From positions 5,460,001 through 5,492,000 of the forward strand of contig NZ_LN831024.1 in assembly GCF_001457615.1 (NCBI RefSeq): a stretch of 32,000 nt of DNA. The letters are read 5' to 3'. The notes under the pieces are model-generated. The model ran no database searches and was not told the DNA's origin. It saw only the letters and a list, made by a program, of their open reading frames with translations. This DNA is from Pseudomonas aeruginosa. GTDB lineage: Bacteria > Pseudomonadota > Gammaproteobacteria > Pseudomonadales > Pseudomonadaceae. The stretch's first letter is position 1; each line of letters starts with the position of its first letter. Made by a program: the position numbers and the translations under genes. This document shows positions 1 to 8,305 of the stretch, in pieces.

Positions 1-643
1 GGGCCAGGGCGATGGGCAGCGAGACCAGTCCGGCCTGGGCCAGGGACGCCACCAGCAGTACCACCGCGACACTGGAATGGCAGGCCCAGGTCAGCAGCGC
101 GGCGAGAAGCAGGGCGATCAGCGGATCGCCTTCGAGGCCGTGGATCACCGCGACAAAGGCTGGCGAGGCCTCGATCTGCTGCAGGGAATGGCCGAGCAAC
201 GCCAGCGCCAGGAGCATCAGGCCGAGTCCGATCAGGCACTGGCCAAGGCTCTCCAGGCGTGGACCGTCGCCCAGGCGGAACAGCAGCAGGCCGGACAGCA
301 GGGCCAGCGGCGCCAGCAACGAGGTGTCGAAGCTGAGCAGTTGCACCACCAGGGTGGTGCCGACGTTGGCGCCGAGCATCACTGCCAGCGCCGGCGCCAG
401 GCCCAGGGTGCCACTGGCAGTGAAGGACGCTGCCATCAGGCTGGTGGCGGTGCTGCTCTGCAGCAGGCCGGTGATGCCGAGCCCGGCGAGCAGGGCCAGC
501 CAGCGGTTGCCCAGGTGGCGGCCGAGCCAGTTGCGCAGCACAGTGCCGAAACCGCGCAGCACGCCGCTGGAGACCATGTGCGTGCCCCACAACAGGAGGG
601 CCACGGCACCGGCCAGGTTGATCAGGAGGATGGTTCCCAGCAT
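1..643 (-). CDS. Na/Pi cotransporter family membrane protein (partial, 3' end outside window)
   Basis: Reverse-strand translation from the ATG at 643: MLGTILLINLAGAVALLLWGTHMVSSGVLRGFGTVLRNWLGRHLGNRW...GLLQSSTATSLMAASFTASG...LTWACHSSVAVVLLVASLAQAGLVSLPIAL. This has the QSSTAT and HSSVA-type repeats typical of Na/Pi cotransporters. It runs open to the window edge, which explains why it is absent from the ORF track. Confidence 0.8.
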   Translation of the reverse strand, partial: MLGTILLINLAGAVALLLWGTHMVSSGVLRGFGTVLRNWLGRHLGNRWLALLAGLGITGLLQSSTATSLMAASFTASGTLGLAPALAVMLGANVGTTLVVQLLSFDTSLLAPLALLSGLLLFRLGDGPRLESLGQCLIGLGLMLLALALLGHSLQQIEASPAFVAVIHGLEGDPLIALLLAALLTWACHSSVAVVLLVASLAQAGLVSLPIALA

Positions 644-685
644 GGCGGAACTCCCGGTTCGGAATGGATCGTGAAGGGAACGGGC

Positions 686-895
686 TCATTGACCCATGGC
701 CAGCCTGAGCGATGCACGGTTGAGCGCGCTCGAGCAGTCCAGCAGGTATTTCACTTCGACCTGGCTCAGGCGGCCGCTGGCGTATGCGCGCACGCTGACC
801 ACCATCAGCAGGTGCGCGGCCTTCGCCAGCAGCCGTGCTGCCAGGCCACAGAGCGCGCGGCGAGACGCGCCCAGGCATTTGCGTACGACGTTCAT
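686..895 (-). CDS. small hypothetical protein (69 aa)
   Basis: ORF MNVVRKCLGASRRALCGLAARLLAKAAHLLMVVSVRAYASGRLSQVEVKYLLDCSSALNRASLRLAMGQ, preceded by a GAGGAA Shine-Dalgarno about 7 nt from the ATG. It lies between co-directional genes. Confidence 0.6.
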   Translation of the reverse strand: MNVVRKCLGASRRALCGLAARLLAKAAHLLMVVSVRAYASGRLSQVEVKYLLDCSSALNRASLRLAMGQ

Positions 896-945
896 GGCTG
901 CTTCCTCGGTGGAGGAGCGCGCCGCAGCGCGGCACGCCCTTGGGC

Positions 946-1722
946 TCAGAAACGCAAGGTCGCTCCCGAGACCAGCCATCGCTCGCGCTCGCCGCGCAGG
1001 TGGCCGCCGACCAGCAGATCGAGGTCCAGCCGTTCGCCCAGGTGCAGCCGCGGTCCGGCCTGCCAGCCGCTGTCGCCGGCCGACTCGCCGAAGCGTTCGG
1101 CGATCAGGGTCAACGGCTGGCCGACGCGGTATTCCATGCCCACGCCCCAGTTCCAGCGATGCCGGCGCTCGCCCTCGGCGTAGGCATGCCCCAGGCCGAC
1201 CCCGGCGTTCAGGCGCAGGGCCTCGAACGGCTGGTAGCTCAGCGGCAGGTTGAAGCCGGCGCCTTCGAAGGCGTGCCGGCGGTCCAGGTAGAGATCCGCC
1301 GAGAGCGCGAAGGCCAACGCCAGGCCGAGGTCGTCGCGGGCCAGCAGCGGTGTCTTCAGCTCGGGGCTGAGGCGGCTGTGCCGATCGCCTGCGTCGCCCT
1401 CGCGCACCAGCGCCGCGCCGAGCTGCACCGATGGTAGGGCGGAGAAGGTGCAGGCTGGCGACAGCACCGACTGGTAGCGGTTGCCGTGGTGGCGTTCGCG
1501 CTGGTGCCAGGCGTCCAGGTTGCATTCGCCGACGGGATCGATCTCGCCGTCGTCGACCCGGTAGGCGCCGCCCGCGGCGCGAGCCTCGGACAGCAGTGCC
1601 AGCAGCAGGACGCAGGCTAGCGCGGCGGCGACGAAGCCCAGGCGCCAGGACAGGGCGCGTCGCAGCGCGGCCGGCAGCGGTTGGAAAAGGGGCGCCCGCG
1701 GGCGCCGGTCGTGCAGGGTCAT
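946..1722 (-). CDS. conserved hypothetical protein, probably exported, beta-rich (258 aa from the second Met)
   Basis: Long ORF with a hydrophobic N-terminal segment (LGFVAAALACVLLLALLSEARA), then alternating hydrophobic strands ending in Phe (...WLVSGATLRF), like an outer-membrane barrel. Confidence 0.7.
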   Translation of the reverse strand: MTLHDRRPRAPLFQPLPAALRRALSWRLGFVAAALACVLLLALLSEARAAGGAYRVDDGEIDPVGECNLDAWHQRERHHGNRYQSVLSPACTFSALPSVQLGAALVREGDAGDRHSRLSPELKTPLLARDDLGLALAFALSADLYLDRRHAFEGAGFNLPLSYQPFEALRLNAGVGLGHAYAEGERRHRWNWGVGMEYRVGQPLTLIAERFGESAGDSGWQAGPRLHLGERLDLDLLVGGHLRGERERWLVSGATLRF

Positions 1723-1819
1723 GATGCGTCTCTCCATGCGTGGGTCCGGTGTGCGTTGCGCGGCGCGGCGAGGCTTGCCGACGCGCCGGGAAAGGCCGGG
1801 ACGAAGCCCGGCCGATCGC

Positions 1820-4531
1820 TCAGAACCACTGGCCGAAGCGGCGGATGTAGAGGGTCTTCATGGTCTGCGCGGTGACGCAGTAGCAGAGCAGCGTGCCCAC
1901 CAGCCAGGGGAAGTACTCCCACGGCAGCGGCTGCAGGCCGACCATCGCCCCCAGCGGCGAGAACGGCACGTAGATGCCCAGCGCCATCACCAGCCCGGTC
2001 ATCAGCATCACCGGCAGCGCCGCGGTGCTCTGGATGAAGGGAATCTTCTGGGTACGCAGCATGTGCACCACCAGGGTCTGCGAGAGCAGGCCCTCGATGA
2101 ACCAGCCGGACTGGAACAGCGACTGCATTTCCGGGCTGTTGGCGGCGAACACGAACCACATCAGCGCGTAGGTGGTGATGTCGAAGATCGACGAGGTCGG
2201 GCCGATCCAGACCATGAAGCGGCCGATGTTCTTCGAGTCCCACTTGCGCGGCTTGGCGAGGAACTCCTTGTCCATCTTGTCCCACGGCAGCGACAGCTGG
2301 GAGATGTCGTACATCAGGTTCTGCAGCAGCAGGTGGATCGCCAGCATCGGCAGGAAGGGGATGAAGGCGCTGGCCACCAGTACCGAGAACACGTTGCCGA
2401 AGTTGGAGCTGGCAGTCATGTTCAGGTACTTCATGATGTTGCCGAAGGTCTCGCGGCCCTTGATAACGCCCTCCTCCAGGACCATCAGGCTTTTTTCCAG
2501 GAGGATGATGTCGGCCGATTCCTTGGCGATGTCGGTGCCGCTGTCCACCGAGATGCCGACATCGGCATCTCGCAGCGCGGGGGCGTCGTTGATGCCGTCG
2601 CCGAGGAAGCCGACAGTGTGTCCGTTGCCCTGCAGGGCCTTGAGCACCCGCGACTTCTGCAGCGGCGTCAGCTTGGCGAACACCGTGCGCTCCTCGGCCA
2701 GGCGTTGCAGGGTGGCATCGTCCATCAGGTCGATGTCGCGACCGAGCAGCGGCTCGCCGACGTCCAGGCCGACCTCGCGGCAGATCTTCGCGCTGACCAC
2801 CGGGTTGTCGCCGGTGAGCACCTTCACCGCCACGCCGTTCTCGCGCAACGCGGCGATGGCCGGGCCGGCGGTTTCCTTCGGCGGATCGAGGAAGGTCAGC
2901 AGGCCGGCGATCACCAGGTCGCGCTCGTCGCTGGCGCCGTACTGGGCCTGGGACTCCGTGCGCGAGAGGCTGCGGGTGCCGAGCAGGAGCACGCGGAAGC
3001 CGTCGCGGTTGTATTGCTCGGCCAGCGCCAGCAGGGCCCGGCGGCGTTCCTCGTCGAGCGGCAGGTCGACACCGTCCTGGTGCACGCGGGTGGCGATCTC
3101 GAGCATTTCCTCGACCGCGCCCTTGCACACCAGCAGGTGTTCGCCGCCCTTGCCCTCGAGGATCACCGAGAGACGCCGACGGACGAAATCGAAGGGCAGT
3201 TCGTCGACCTTGTGCCAGGCATCCGGCGGCGTGATGCGCGGGTTCTGTTCGACGAAGGCGACCACCGCGCGGTCCATCAGGTTCTTCATCCCGGACTGGT
3301 GGAAGCTGTTCAGCCAGGCCATTTGCAGGACCCGGTCGCAGCGCCGGCCGGCAACGTCGACGTGATGCTCGAGGATGATCCGGTCCTGGGTCAGGGTGCC
3401 GGTCTTGTCGGTGCAGAGCACGTCCATGGCGCCGAAGTTCTGGATCGCGTTAAGACGCTTGACCACCACCTTGCGCCGCGACATCGCCACCGCGCCCTTG
3501 GCCAGGTTGGCGCTGACGATCATCGGCAGCATTTCCGGGGTCAGGCCGACCGCCACGGCGAGAGCGAACATGAACGCCTCGGTCCAGTCGCCCTTGGTGA
3601 AGCCGTTGATCAGCAACACGATCGGCACCATCACCAGCATGAAGCGGATCAGCAGCCAACTGACGCTGTTCACCCCACGGTCGAAGGCGGTCTGCGCCCG
3701 CGAACCGACGATGGAACGGGCCAGCGAACCGAAATAGGTGCGCGCACCGGTGGCGACCACCACCGCGGTGGCCGTGCCGCTGACCACGTTGGTGCCCATG
3801 AAGCAGATGTTCGGCAGTTCGAGCAGGTCCTGCTGGTCGGCGGCGATCCGCTTGGCGGACTTCTCGCGGACCGCGCCGAGGGTGTCGTATTTCTCCACCG
3901 GCAGCGCCTCGCCGGTGAGTACGGCCTGGCTGATGAACAGGTCGCGCGATTCGATCAGGCGGATGTCGGCGGGGATCATGTCGCCGGCGGACAGGCGCAC
4001 GATGTCGCCGACCACCAGTTCGCCCATGGGGATTTCCCGCAGCTCGCCGCGCATCCCGCGCTCGTCGCGGCGCAGCACGGTGGCGGTGTTCCGCACCATG
4101 GCCTTGAGCGCCTCGGCGGCCTTGCCCGAGCGGTACTCCTGCCAGAAGCGCATCAGGCCGCTGACCAGGACCATGCAGAGGACGATGATGACGCCAGTGA
4201 GATCGGTTTCCTCACCGTCCTGCAGCGGCAGCCAGAAGTCGGTGAAGAAGCTGATCGCGGAGAGCGTCATCAGCACGTAGATGAAGGGGTTGTTGAACGC
4301 TTGCAGCAGTTGCACCAGGACGTGTGGCGGACGGTCGTGGGCCACTTCGTTGGGGCCGTCGGCGTGCAGCCGGGCGGCGGCCTCGGCCTGGTCGAGGCCG
4401 TCCTGGCGACCGCGGACATTGGTGAGGGTGGTTTCCAGGCTGTTCTGCGCTTCGCGGGCGGCGCGCATGGACAGTCGGTCGTTGCGGCGCTCGGTATCGA
4501 GCTGGGTATTGCGTTGGGTCGCTACGCTCAT
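1820..4531 (-). CDS. mgtA: magnesium-translocating P-type ATPase MgtA
   Basis: 903 aa ORF with the P-type phosphorylation motif DVLCTDKTGTLTQD, TGDNPVVSAKI and GDGINDAPALRDADVGISVDSGTDIAKESADIILLEK. The start is preceded by AGGAG 8 nt upstream. Confidence 0.97.
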   Translation of the reverse strand: MSVATQRNTQLDTERRNDRLSMRAAREAQNSLETTLTNVRGRQDGLDQAEAAARLHADGPNEVAHDRPPHVLVQLLQAFNNPFIYVLMTLSAISFFTDFWLPLQDGEETDLTGVIIVLCMVLVSGLMRFWQEYRSGKAAEALKAMVRNTATVLRRDERGMRGELREIPMGELVVGDIVRLSAGDMIPADIRLIESRDLFISQAVLTGEALPVEKYDTLGAVREKSAKRIAADQQDLLELPNICFMGTNVVSGTATAVVVATGARTYFGSLARSIVGSRAQTAFDRGVNSVSWLLIRFMLVMVPIVLLINGFTKGDWTEAFMFALAVAVGLTPEMLPMIVSANLAKGAVAMSRRKVVVKRLNAIQNFGAMDVLCTDKTGTLTQDRIILEHHVDVAGRRCDRVLQMAWLNSFHQSGMKNLMDRAVVAFVEQNPRITPPDAWHKVDELPFDFVRRRLSVILEGKGGEHLLVCKGAVEEMLEIATRVHQDGVDLPLDEERRRALLALAEQYNRDGFRVLLLGTRSLSRTESQAQYGASDERDLVIAGLLTFLDPPKETAGPAIAALRENGVAVKVLTGDNPVVSAKICREVGLDVGEPLLGRDIDLMDDATLQRLAEERTVFAKLTPLQKSRVLKALQGNGHTVGFLGDGINDAPALRDADVGISVDSGTDIAKESADIILLEKSLMVLEEGVIKGRETFGNIMKYLNMTASSNFGNVFSVLVASAFIPFLPMLAIHLLLQNLMYDISQLSLPWDKMDKEFLAKPRKWDSKNIGRFMVWIGPTSSIFDITTYALMWFVFAANSPEMQSLFQSGWFIEGLLSQTLVVHMLRTQKIPFIQSTAALPVMLMTGLVMALGIYVPFSPLGAMVGLQPLPWEYFPWLVGTLLCYCVTAQTMKTLYIRRFGQWF

Positions 4532-4574
4532 GACTCGGTCTCCTGTCGCGAGCTGCGCGACGGCGACACGAGTC
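4532..4574 (-). promoter_or_regulatory. hairpin overlapping the mgtA Shine-Dalgarno region (possible translational control element)
   Basis: Minus-strand RNA 5'-GACTCG TGTCGC cgtcgcgcagctc GCGACA ggagac CGAGTC-ATG. Two 6-bp perfect stems, with the SD (AGGAG) at the inner stem end and bulge directly before the mgtA ATG. Confidence 0.4.
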
Positions 4575-4583
4575 GGTTGCCGG

Positions 4584-4718
4584 TCAGGTGACAGGCAAAG
4601 GCGTGCCGGGTCGCGATGTTCGCGATCGGTGGGAAGAATGTTCGGCTTGTCCGGGTGAGGCCCACTGCGCGCGGCCGCTCAGGCGGCACGCAGCAGGCCG
4701 ACTTGGTGGTTCGTCCAT
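4584..4718 (-). CDS. candidate mgtA leader peptide / uORF (44 aa)
   Basis: Manual reverse translation: MDEPPSRPAACRLSGRAQWASPGQAEHSSHRSRTSRPGTPLPVT*. AAGGAG is 6 nt upstream of the ATG, and the stop lies about 52 nt before the mgtA ATG. The N-terminus is rich in acidic residues and proline. Confidence 0.45.
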   Translation of the reverse strand: MDEPPSRPAACRLSGRAQWASPGQAEHSSHRSRTSRPGTPLPVT

Positions 4719-4757
4719 GGCAGGCTCCTTGTGCGAAGGGTTGGGCAGGAGAAAGCG

Positions 4758-4976
4758 TCAGCCGCGCATCGGGCGGCGACCGCTCTCAGGGTTCTCTTCG
4801 ACCTGCGTCTCCAGGCGGCGATACTCCAGGCGACCGCCGGCCGGGTCGACACGCCAGGCGAGGCTCGCAGGATGGCCGTGGCCGGGAAGGATCGCGCCGG
4901 GGGACTGCGCGGCGCGCACGCGCATCTTCGCCACGAAGGCGGATACGCCGGGGGATACCGAATTCTCGAAGTTCAT
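4758..4976 (-). CDS. possible small hypothetical ORF (72 aa) between nat and mgtA
   Basis: ORF MNFENSVSPGVSAFVAKMRVRAAQ... with a weak GGTGAG-like SD and no recognisable family. It may simply be part of the mgtA leader. Confidence 0.25.
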   Translation of the reverse strand: MNFENSVSPGVSAFVAKMRVRAAQSPGAILPGHGHPASLAWRVDPAGGRLEYRRLETQVEENPESGRRPMRG

Positions 4977-5191
4977 GACTCACCTGTACCCGGCGTGCCG
5001 GACACGGGTGAGAAGCAGTGGGTCAGCCCAGGATGCCGCTCAACCGACCGACCCGTTGCGGGTTCCGTCGTGCGTTGGTTTGGGTCATCGCACCAGCCGG
5101 CATCTGCTGGGCCGGGCGACGACTACTGGGAATACTGTCCATGGCTCTCTTCGTAGGGGGAAAGAAAGTGCCCGGCTCTGCGGGCGGGGGT

Positions 5192-5220
5192 TTTATAGAC
5201 CTCTTGCCAGACGAGGTCAA
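5192..5220 (-). promoter_or_regulatory. sigma70-type promoter, probable start of the mgtA leader transcript
   Basis: Minus strand TTGACC-N17-TATAAA (-35 at 5220-5215, -10 at 5197-5192), with an unusually good match and spacing. Confidence 0.5.
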
Positions 5221-5305
5221 CCGAAAAAGCCGTTTCGTTCAGGCTTCTATGGAACATCGGAAAATTCCCGCAGGAGTCCGGCGAAAAGACACCGGCCAAA
5301 AGCGC

Positions 5306-6145
5306 TCAGGCGGAGATCAGTCCCGCCAGCCGTCGCGCCAGCGCCGGCACTTCGGAGGCCGGGTCGAGGCGCAGGCGAAAACGGGTCTGCAGGATGTCCA
5401 GCAGTTCCTCGACGTCGCGCAGTTGGCGCTGCAGCGTCTCGCCGTTGCCGGCGCGCTGGCCGAACAGCCCGTCGGCCAGGGTCAGGCGCAGGTCGCCCTC
5501 GGTTATGGCGGCCTTCAGGCCCTGGCGGAACACGCTGTGCGGGTGGGTCGAGGTGTACCAGTTGCGCGGGATGTAATCGATCCACAACTGCGGGCGCAGG
5601 TCGAAGCGGTACAGCGGCAGCCAGCCGCTGCGACCGCGCACGGCGCTTTCGTAGAGACCGGCGTGCGGGTCGACCAGGCGTACGCAATGCACCTGTCCGG
5701 CGTCCGCCTCGTCGCCCGGCAAAGGCAGTGCTCGCGGCGGATTGGCCGAGCCGAAGCCGACATCCACCAGGAACTCGCCCTCCGCCAGGTACAGACGCAG
5801 CATCAGATGCGATTGCTGGGTCAGCGGCGCGTCCTCCGGGAGCCCCCAGCGTACCCGTGCCACCAGCAGTTCCAGCTCGTAGCCGAGGGCCAGCAGCAGG
5901 CGGGCGAACAGCGAGTTGAGTTCGAAGCAATAACCGCCGCGGCTGCCCTCGACGACCTTGGCGAAAACCTTGTCGGCGTCGATCTCGATGGGACGGTCGA
6001 GCAGCACGTCGAGGTTCTCGAAGGCGACCCGGCGCAGATGCGCGTCGATCAGTCGGTCGAGACTCGCCAGACTCGGCGGACCGGGATCGTCGATGCCGAT
6101 ATGGTGCAGGTAGGCATGGGTCTGCTCGGGCGTCAGCGGGGTCAT
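5306..6145 (-). CDS. nat: arylamine N-acetyltransferase
   Basis: 279 aa with the NAT signatures RVAFENLDVLLDRPIEID and catalytic Cys motif RGGYCFELNSLFARLL, plus VDVGFG and DPHAGLY (Asp-His of the triad). Confidence 0.93.
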   Translation of the reverse strand: MTPLTPEQTHAYLHHIGIDDPGPPSLASLDRLIDAHLRRVAFENLDVLLDRPIEIDADKVFAKVVEGSRGGYCFELNSLFARLLLALGYELELLVARVRWGLPEDAPLTQQSHLMLRLYLAEGEFLVDVGFGSANPPRALPLPGDEADAGQVHCVRLVDPHAGLYESAVRGRSGWLPLYRFDLRPQLWIDYIPRNWYTSTHPHSVFRQGLKAAITEGDLRLTLADGLFGQRAGNGETLQRQLRDVEELLDILQTRFRLRLDPASEVPALARRLAGLISA

Positions 6146-6269
6146 GGCGGGCTCCGGAAAATGGCCAGCTCGATTCTAGACGCATTCTCGGGGAATACCG
6201 GAAGCGCCGTCAGGCACATTGGCCCGGGGTCTGCTTGACTGTGCCCATCCCACCCCGAGGAGCGCCGCC

Positions 6270-6725
6270 ATGGCCCAGGCAATCGTCGCCTACCTGCACT
6301 ACCTGTCGATCTTCCTGCTGTTCGCCCTGCTGGTGTTGCAGCACCGCCTGCTGCGCCTGCCGCTGGACCTGGAGCGCGCCCGCAGCCTGGCGGCGATCGA
6401 CCGCGGCTACGGCCTCTGCGCCCTGGCGGTACTGGCCAGCGGGTTGGCGCGGGTGCTGTGGTACGGCAAGGGCGTCGACTATTACCTGCACAATGGTCTG
6501 TTCCACGCCAAGGTCGGGCTATTCGTCCTCGCTGCCCTGGTCTCGCTGTTGCCGACCGTTACCTTCCTTGGCTGGCGCGGCGCCCTCAAGGCCGGCGAAG
6601 TGCCGGCGGTGACGCCGGCCCGGGGCCGGCGGGTGGTCATGGCGGTGCGCCTGCAACTGCTCCTGCTGCTGGTCATTCCGTTGCTGGCTACGCTGATGGC
6701 GCGCGGCTTCGGCATGCGCGGCTGA
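6270..6725 (+). CDS. DUF2214-like integral membrane protein
   Basis: MAQAIVAYLHYLSIFLLFALLVLQHRLLRLPLDLERARSLAAIDRGYGLCALAVLASGLARVLWYGKG... has several TM helices and resembles the DUF2214 family. The in-frame Met at 6270 is a better start than 6219. Confidence 0.75.
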   Translation: MAQAIVAYLHYLSIFLLFALLVLQHRLLRLPLDLERARSLAAIDRGYGLCALAVLASGLARVLWYGKGVDYYLHNGLFHAKVGLFVLAALVSLLPTVTFLGWRGALKAGEVPAVTPARGRRVVMAVRLQLLLLLVIPLLATLMARGFGMRG

Positions 6726-6729
6726 GCCC

Positions 6730-8133
6730 TCAGTTCTGCATGGCCCGGCCATGCACGTCCATCGCCGCCTGGCGCAGCGCCTCGGAGCGGGTCGGATGCG
6801 GATGGCAGGTCAGCGCGAGGTCCTCCGCCGAGGCGCTGAACTCCATGGCCACGCAGGCTTCGCCGATCATCTCGCTGACGCCCGGCCCGATCATGTGCAC
6901 GCCGAGCACCTGGTCGCTGCGGGCATCGGAGAGGATCTTGATGAAGCCTTCGCTCTCGTGGTTGATCTTCGCCCGGCTGTTGGCGCTGAACGGGAAGCGT
7001 CCGACCTTGTACTCGCGCCTCGCCGCCTGCAACTGCTCCTCGCCGAGGCCGACGCTGGCCACTTCCGGCTGGGTGTAGATGACCGACGGAATCACCTCGG
7101 CGTTCATCTCCGCCGCATGCCCGGCGATCCGCTCGATGCAGACGATCGCCTCTTCCTCGGCCTTGTGCGCCAGCATCGGTCCCGAGGTCACGTCGCCGAT
7201 CACCCAGACGCCCGGCGCCGCGCTGCGCTGTCTCTGGTTCTCCAGCATGCCACGACGATCGCTGGCCAGGCCGACCGTCTCCAGCCCCAGTCCTTCGGTA
7301 TAGGGGCGCCGGCCGATGGCCACCAGCACGTAGTCCGCCTGCAGCGATTCCGTAGCGCCGCCGGCGGCCGGTTGCAGGTCGAGTTCGACGCCCTGCTCGC
7401 CACTGCGCGCGGCGACCACGCGGGTGCCGAGGCGAAACCGCATGCCCTGGCGGGTCAGGGCGCGCTGGAGGGTCCTTGCGGTTTCCCCATCCAGCCCCGG
7501 GCAGATCCGCTCGAGGTACTCCAGCACCGTGACCTGTGCGCCCAGCCGGCGCCAGACCGAACCAAGCTCCAGGCCGATCACGCCGGCGCCGATCACCACC
7601 AGGTGGCGAGGCACTTCGGCCAACTCCAGGGCGCCGGTGGAGTCGAGGATGCGCTGGTTGTCCACAGGCACGCCGGGCAGCGGCGCCGGTTCCGAACCGG
7701 TGGCGATGACGATGTCGCGCGCCTCCAGTTGCGCGTGGCCGCCGTCGGCAAGGGCCACGCCGACCCGGCCCTCGCCTTGCAAGCGCGCCCAGCCCTTGAT
7801 CCACTGCACCTTGTGCTTGCGGAAAAGGAATTCGACGCCACGGGTCAGGGCGGCGACGCTCTCGTCCTTCTGCTTCATCATCTGCGCCAGGTCCAGTTCC
7901 GGGCTGACCCGGATGCCGAGCCGGGCGAACTCGCCGCCGCTCGCCGCGGCGTATAGCTCCGAGGCGTGCAACAGGGCCTTGGACGGCATGCAGCCGACGT
8001 TCAGGCAAGTCCCGCCGAGGGTTTCGCGACCCTCCACGCAGGCCACCTTCAGGCCCAGCTGGCCGGCGCGAATGGCAGCGTTGTAGCCCCCCGGACCGGC
8101 GCCGATCACGATCACGTCATAGCTTTCCATCAT
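6730..8133 (-). CDS. lpd3: dihydrolipoyl dehydrogenase (lpd3-type)
   Basis: 467 aa: MMESYDVIVIGAGPGGYNAAIRAGQLGLKVACVEGRETLGGTCLNVGCMPSKALLH (FAD site and redox disulfide) and C-terminal HPHPTRSEALRQAAM (HP-E motif). The start has a GAGGAG SD. Confidence 0.95.
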   Translation of the reverse strand: MMESYDVIVIGAGPGGYNAAIRAGQLGLKVACVEGRETLGGTCLNVGCMPSKALLHASELYAAASGGEFARLGIRVSPELDLAQMMKQKDESVAALTRGVEFLFRKHKVQWIKGWARLQGEGRVGVALADGGHAQLEARDIVIATGSEPAPLPGVPVDNQRILDSTGALELAEVPRHLVVIGAGVIGLELGSVWRRLGAQVTVLEYLERICPGLDGETARTLQRALTRQGMRFRLGTRVVAARSGEQGVELDLQPAAGGATESLQADYVLVAIGRRPYTEGLGLETVGLASDRRGMLENQRQRSAAPGVWVIGDVTSGPMLAHKAEEEAIVCIERIAGHAAEMNAEVIPSVIYTQPEVASVGLGEEQLQAARREYKVGRFPFSANSRAKINHESEGFIKILSDARSDQVLGVHMIGPGVSEMIGEACVAMEFSASAEDLALTCHPHPTRSEALRQAAMDVHGRAMQN

Positions 8134-8252
8134 CCTGCTCCTCGGTTGTCCCGCCACGGCCCCCTCAGCGTAGGCGACGCCGGCGCAAATAGAGGAAACG
8201 TCGCGTAGAGGGACCGAAAGCGATTGTATTTCGCTCGTCATGCAAAGCTTAT

Positions 8253-8266
8253 ATGATGACCGTAAT
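8253..8266. promoter_or_regulatory. near-palindromic motif ATGATGACCGTAAT, candidate regulator-binding site
   Basis: 12/14 identical to ATTATGACCATAAT at 10338-10351. It lies about 40 nt upstream of the thioesterase start. Confidence 0.4.
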
Positions 8267-8305
8267 TTTCCTGCAACCCTTTCCCACCACGACAGGAGCA
8301 CTACC

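Noticed and set aside
1721-4591. 956-aa plus-strand ORF
   Set aside because: Antisense to mgtA. It is low-complexity H/Q/V/E-rich translation typical of the complement of a high-GC coding gene, and the minus-strand product has all P-type ATPase motifs.
5023-5220. 65-aa or 39-aa minus-strand ORF (MTSSGKRSIKPP... / MDSIPSSRRPAQQ...)
   Set aside because: It overlaps the putative promoter at 5192-5220 and has only a weak SD and no family signature. Not supported as a gene, although a short leader peptide starting at 5142 cannot be excluded.
5235-5241. Single GTTCAG half-site near the mgtA leader promoter, considered as a PhoP box
   Set aside because: Only one half-site was found and not the expected direct repeat, so a PhoP site cannot be supported from sequence alone.
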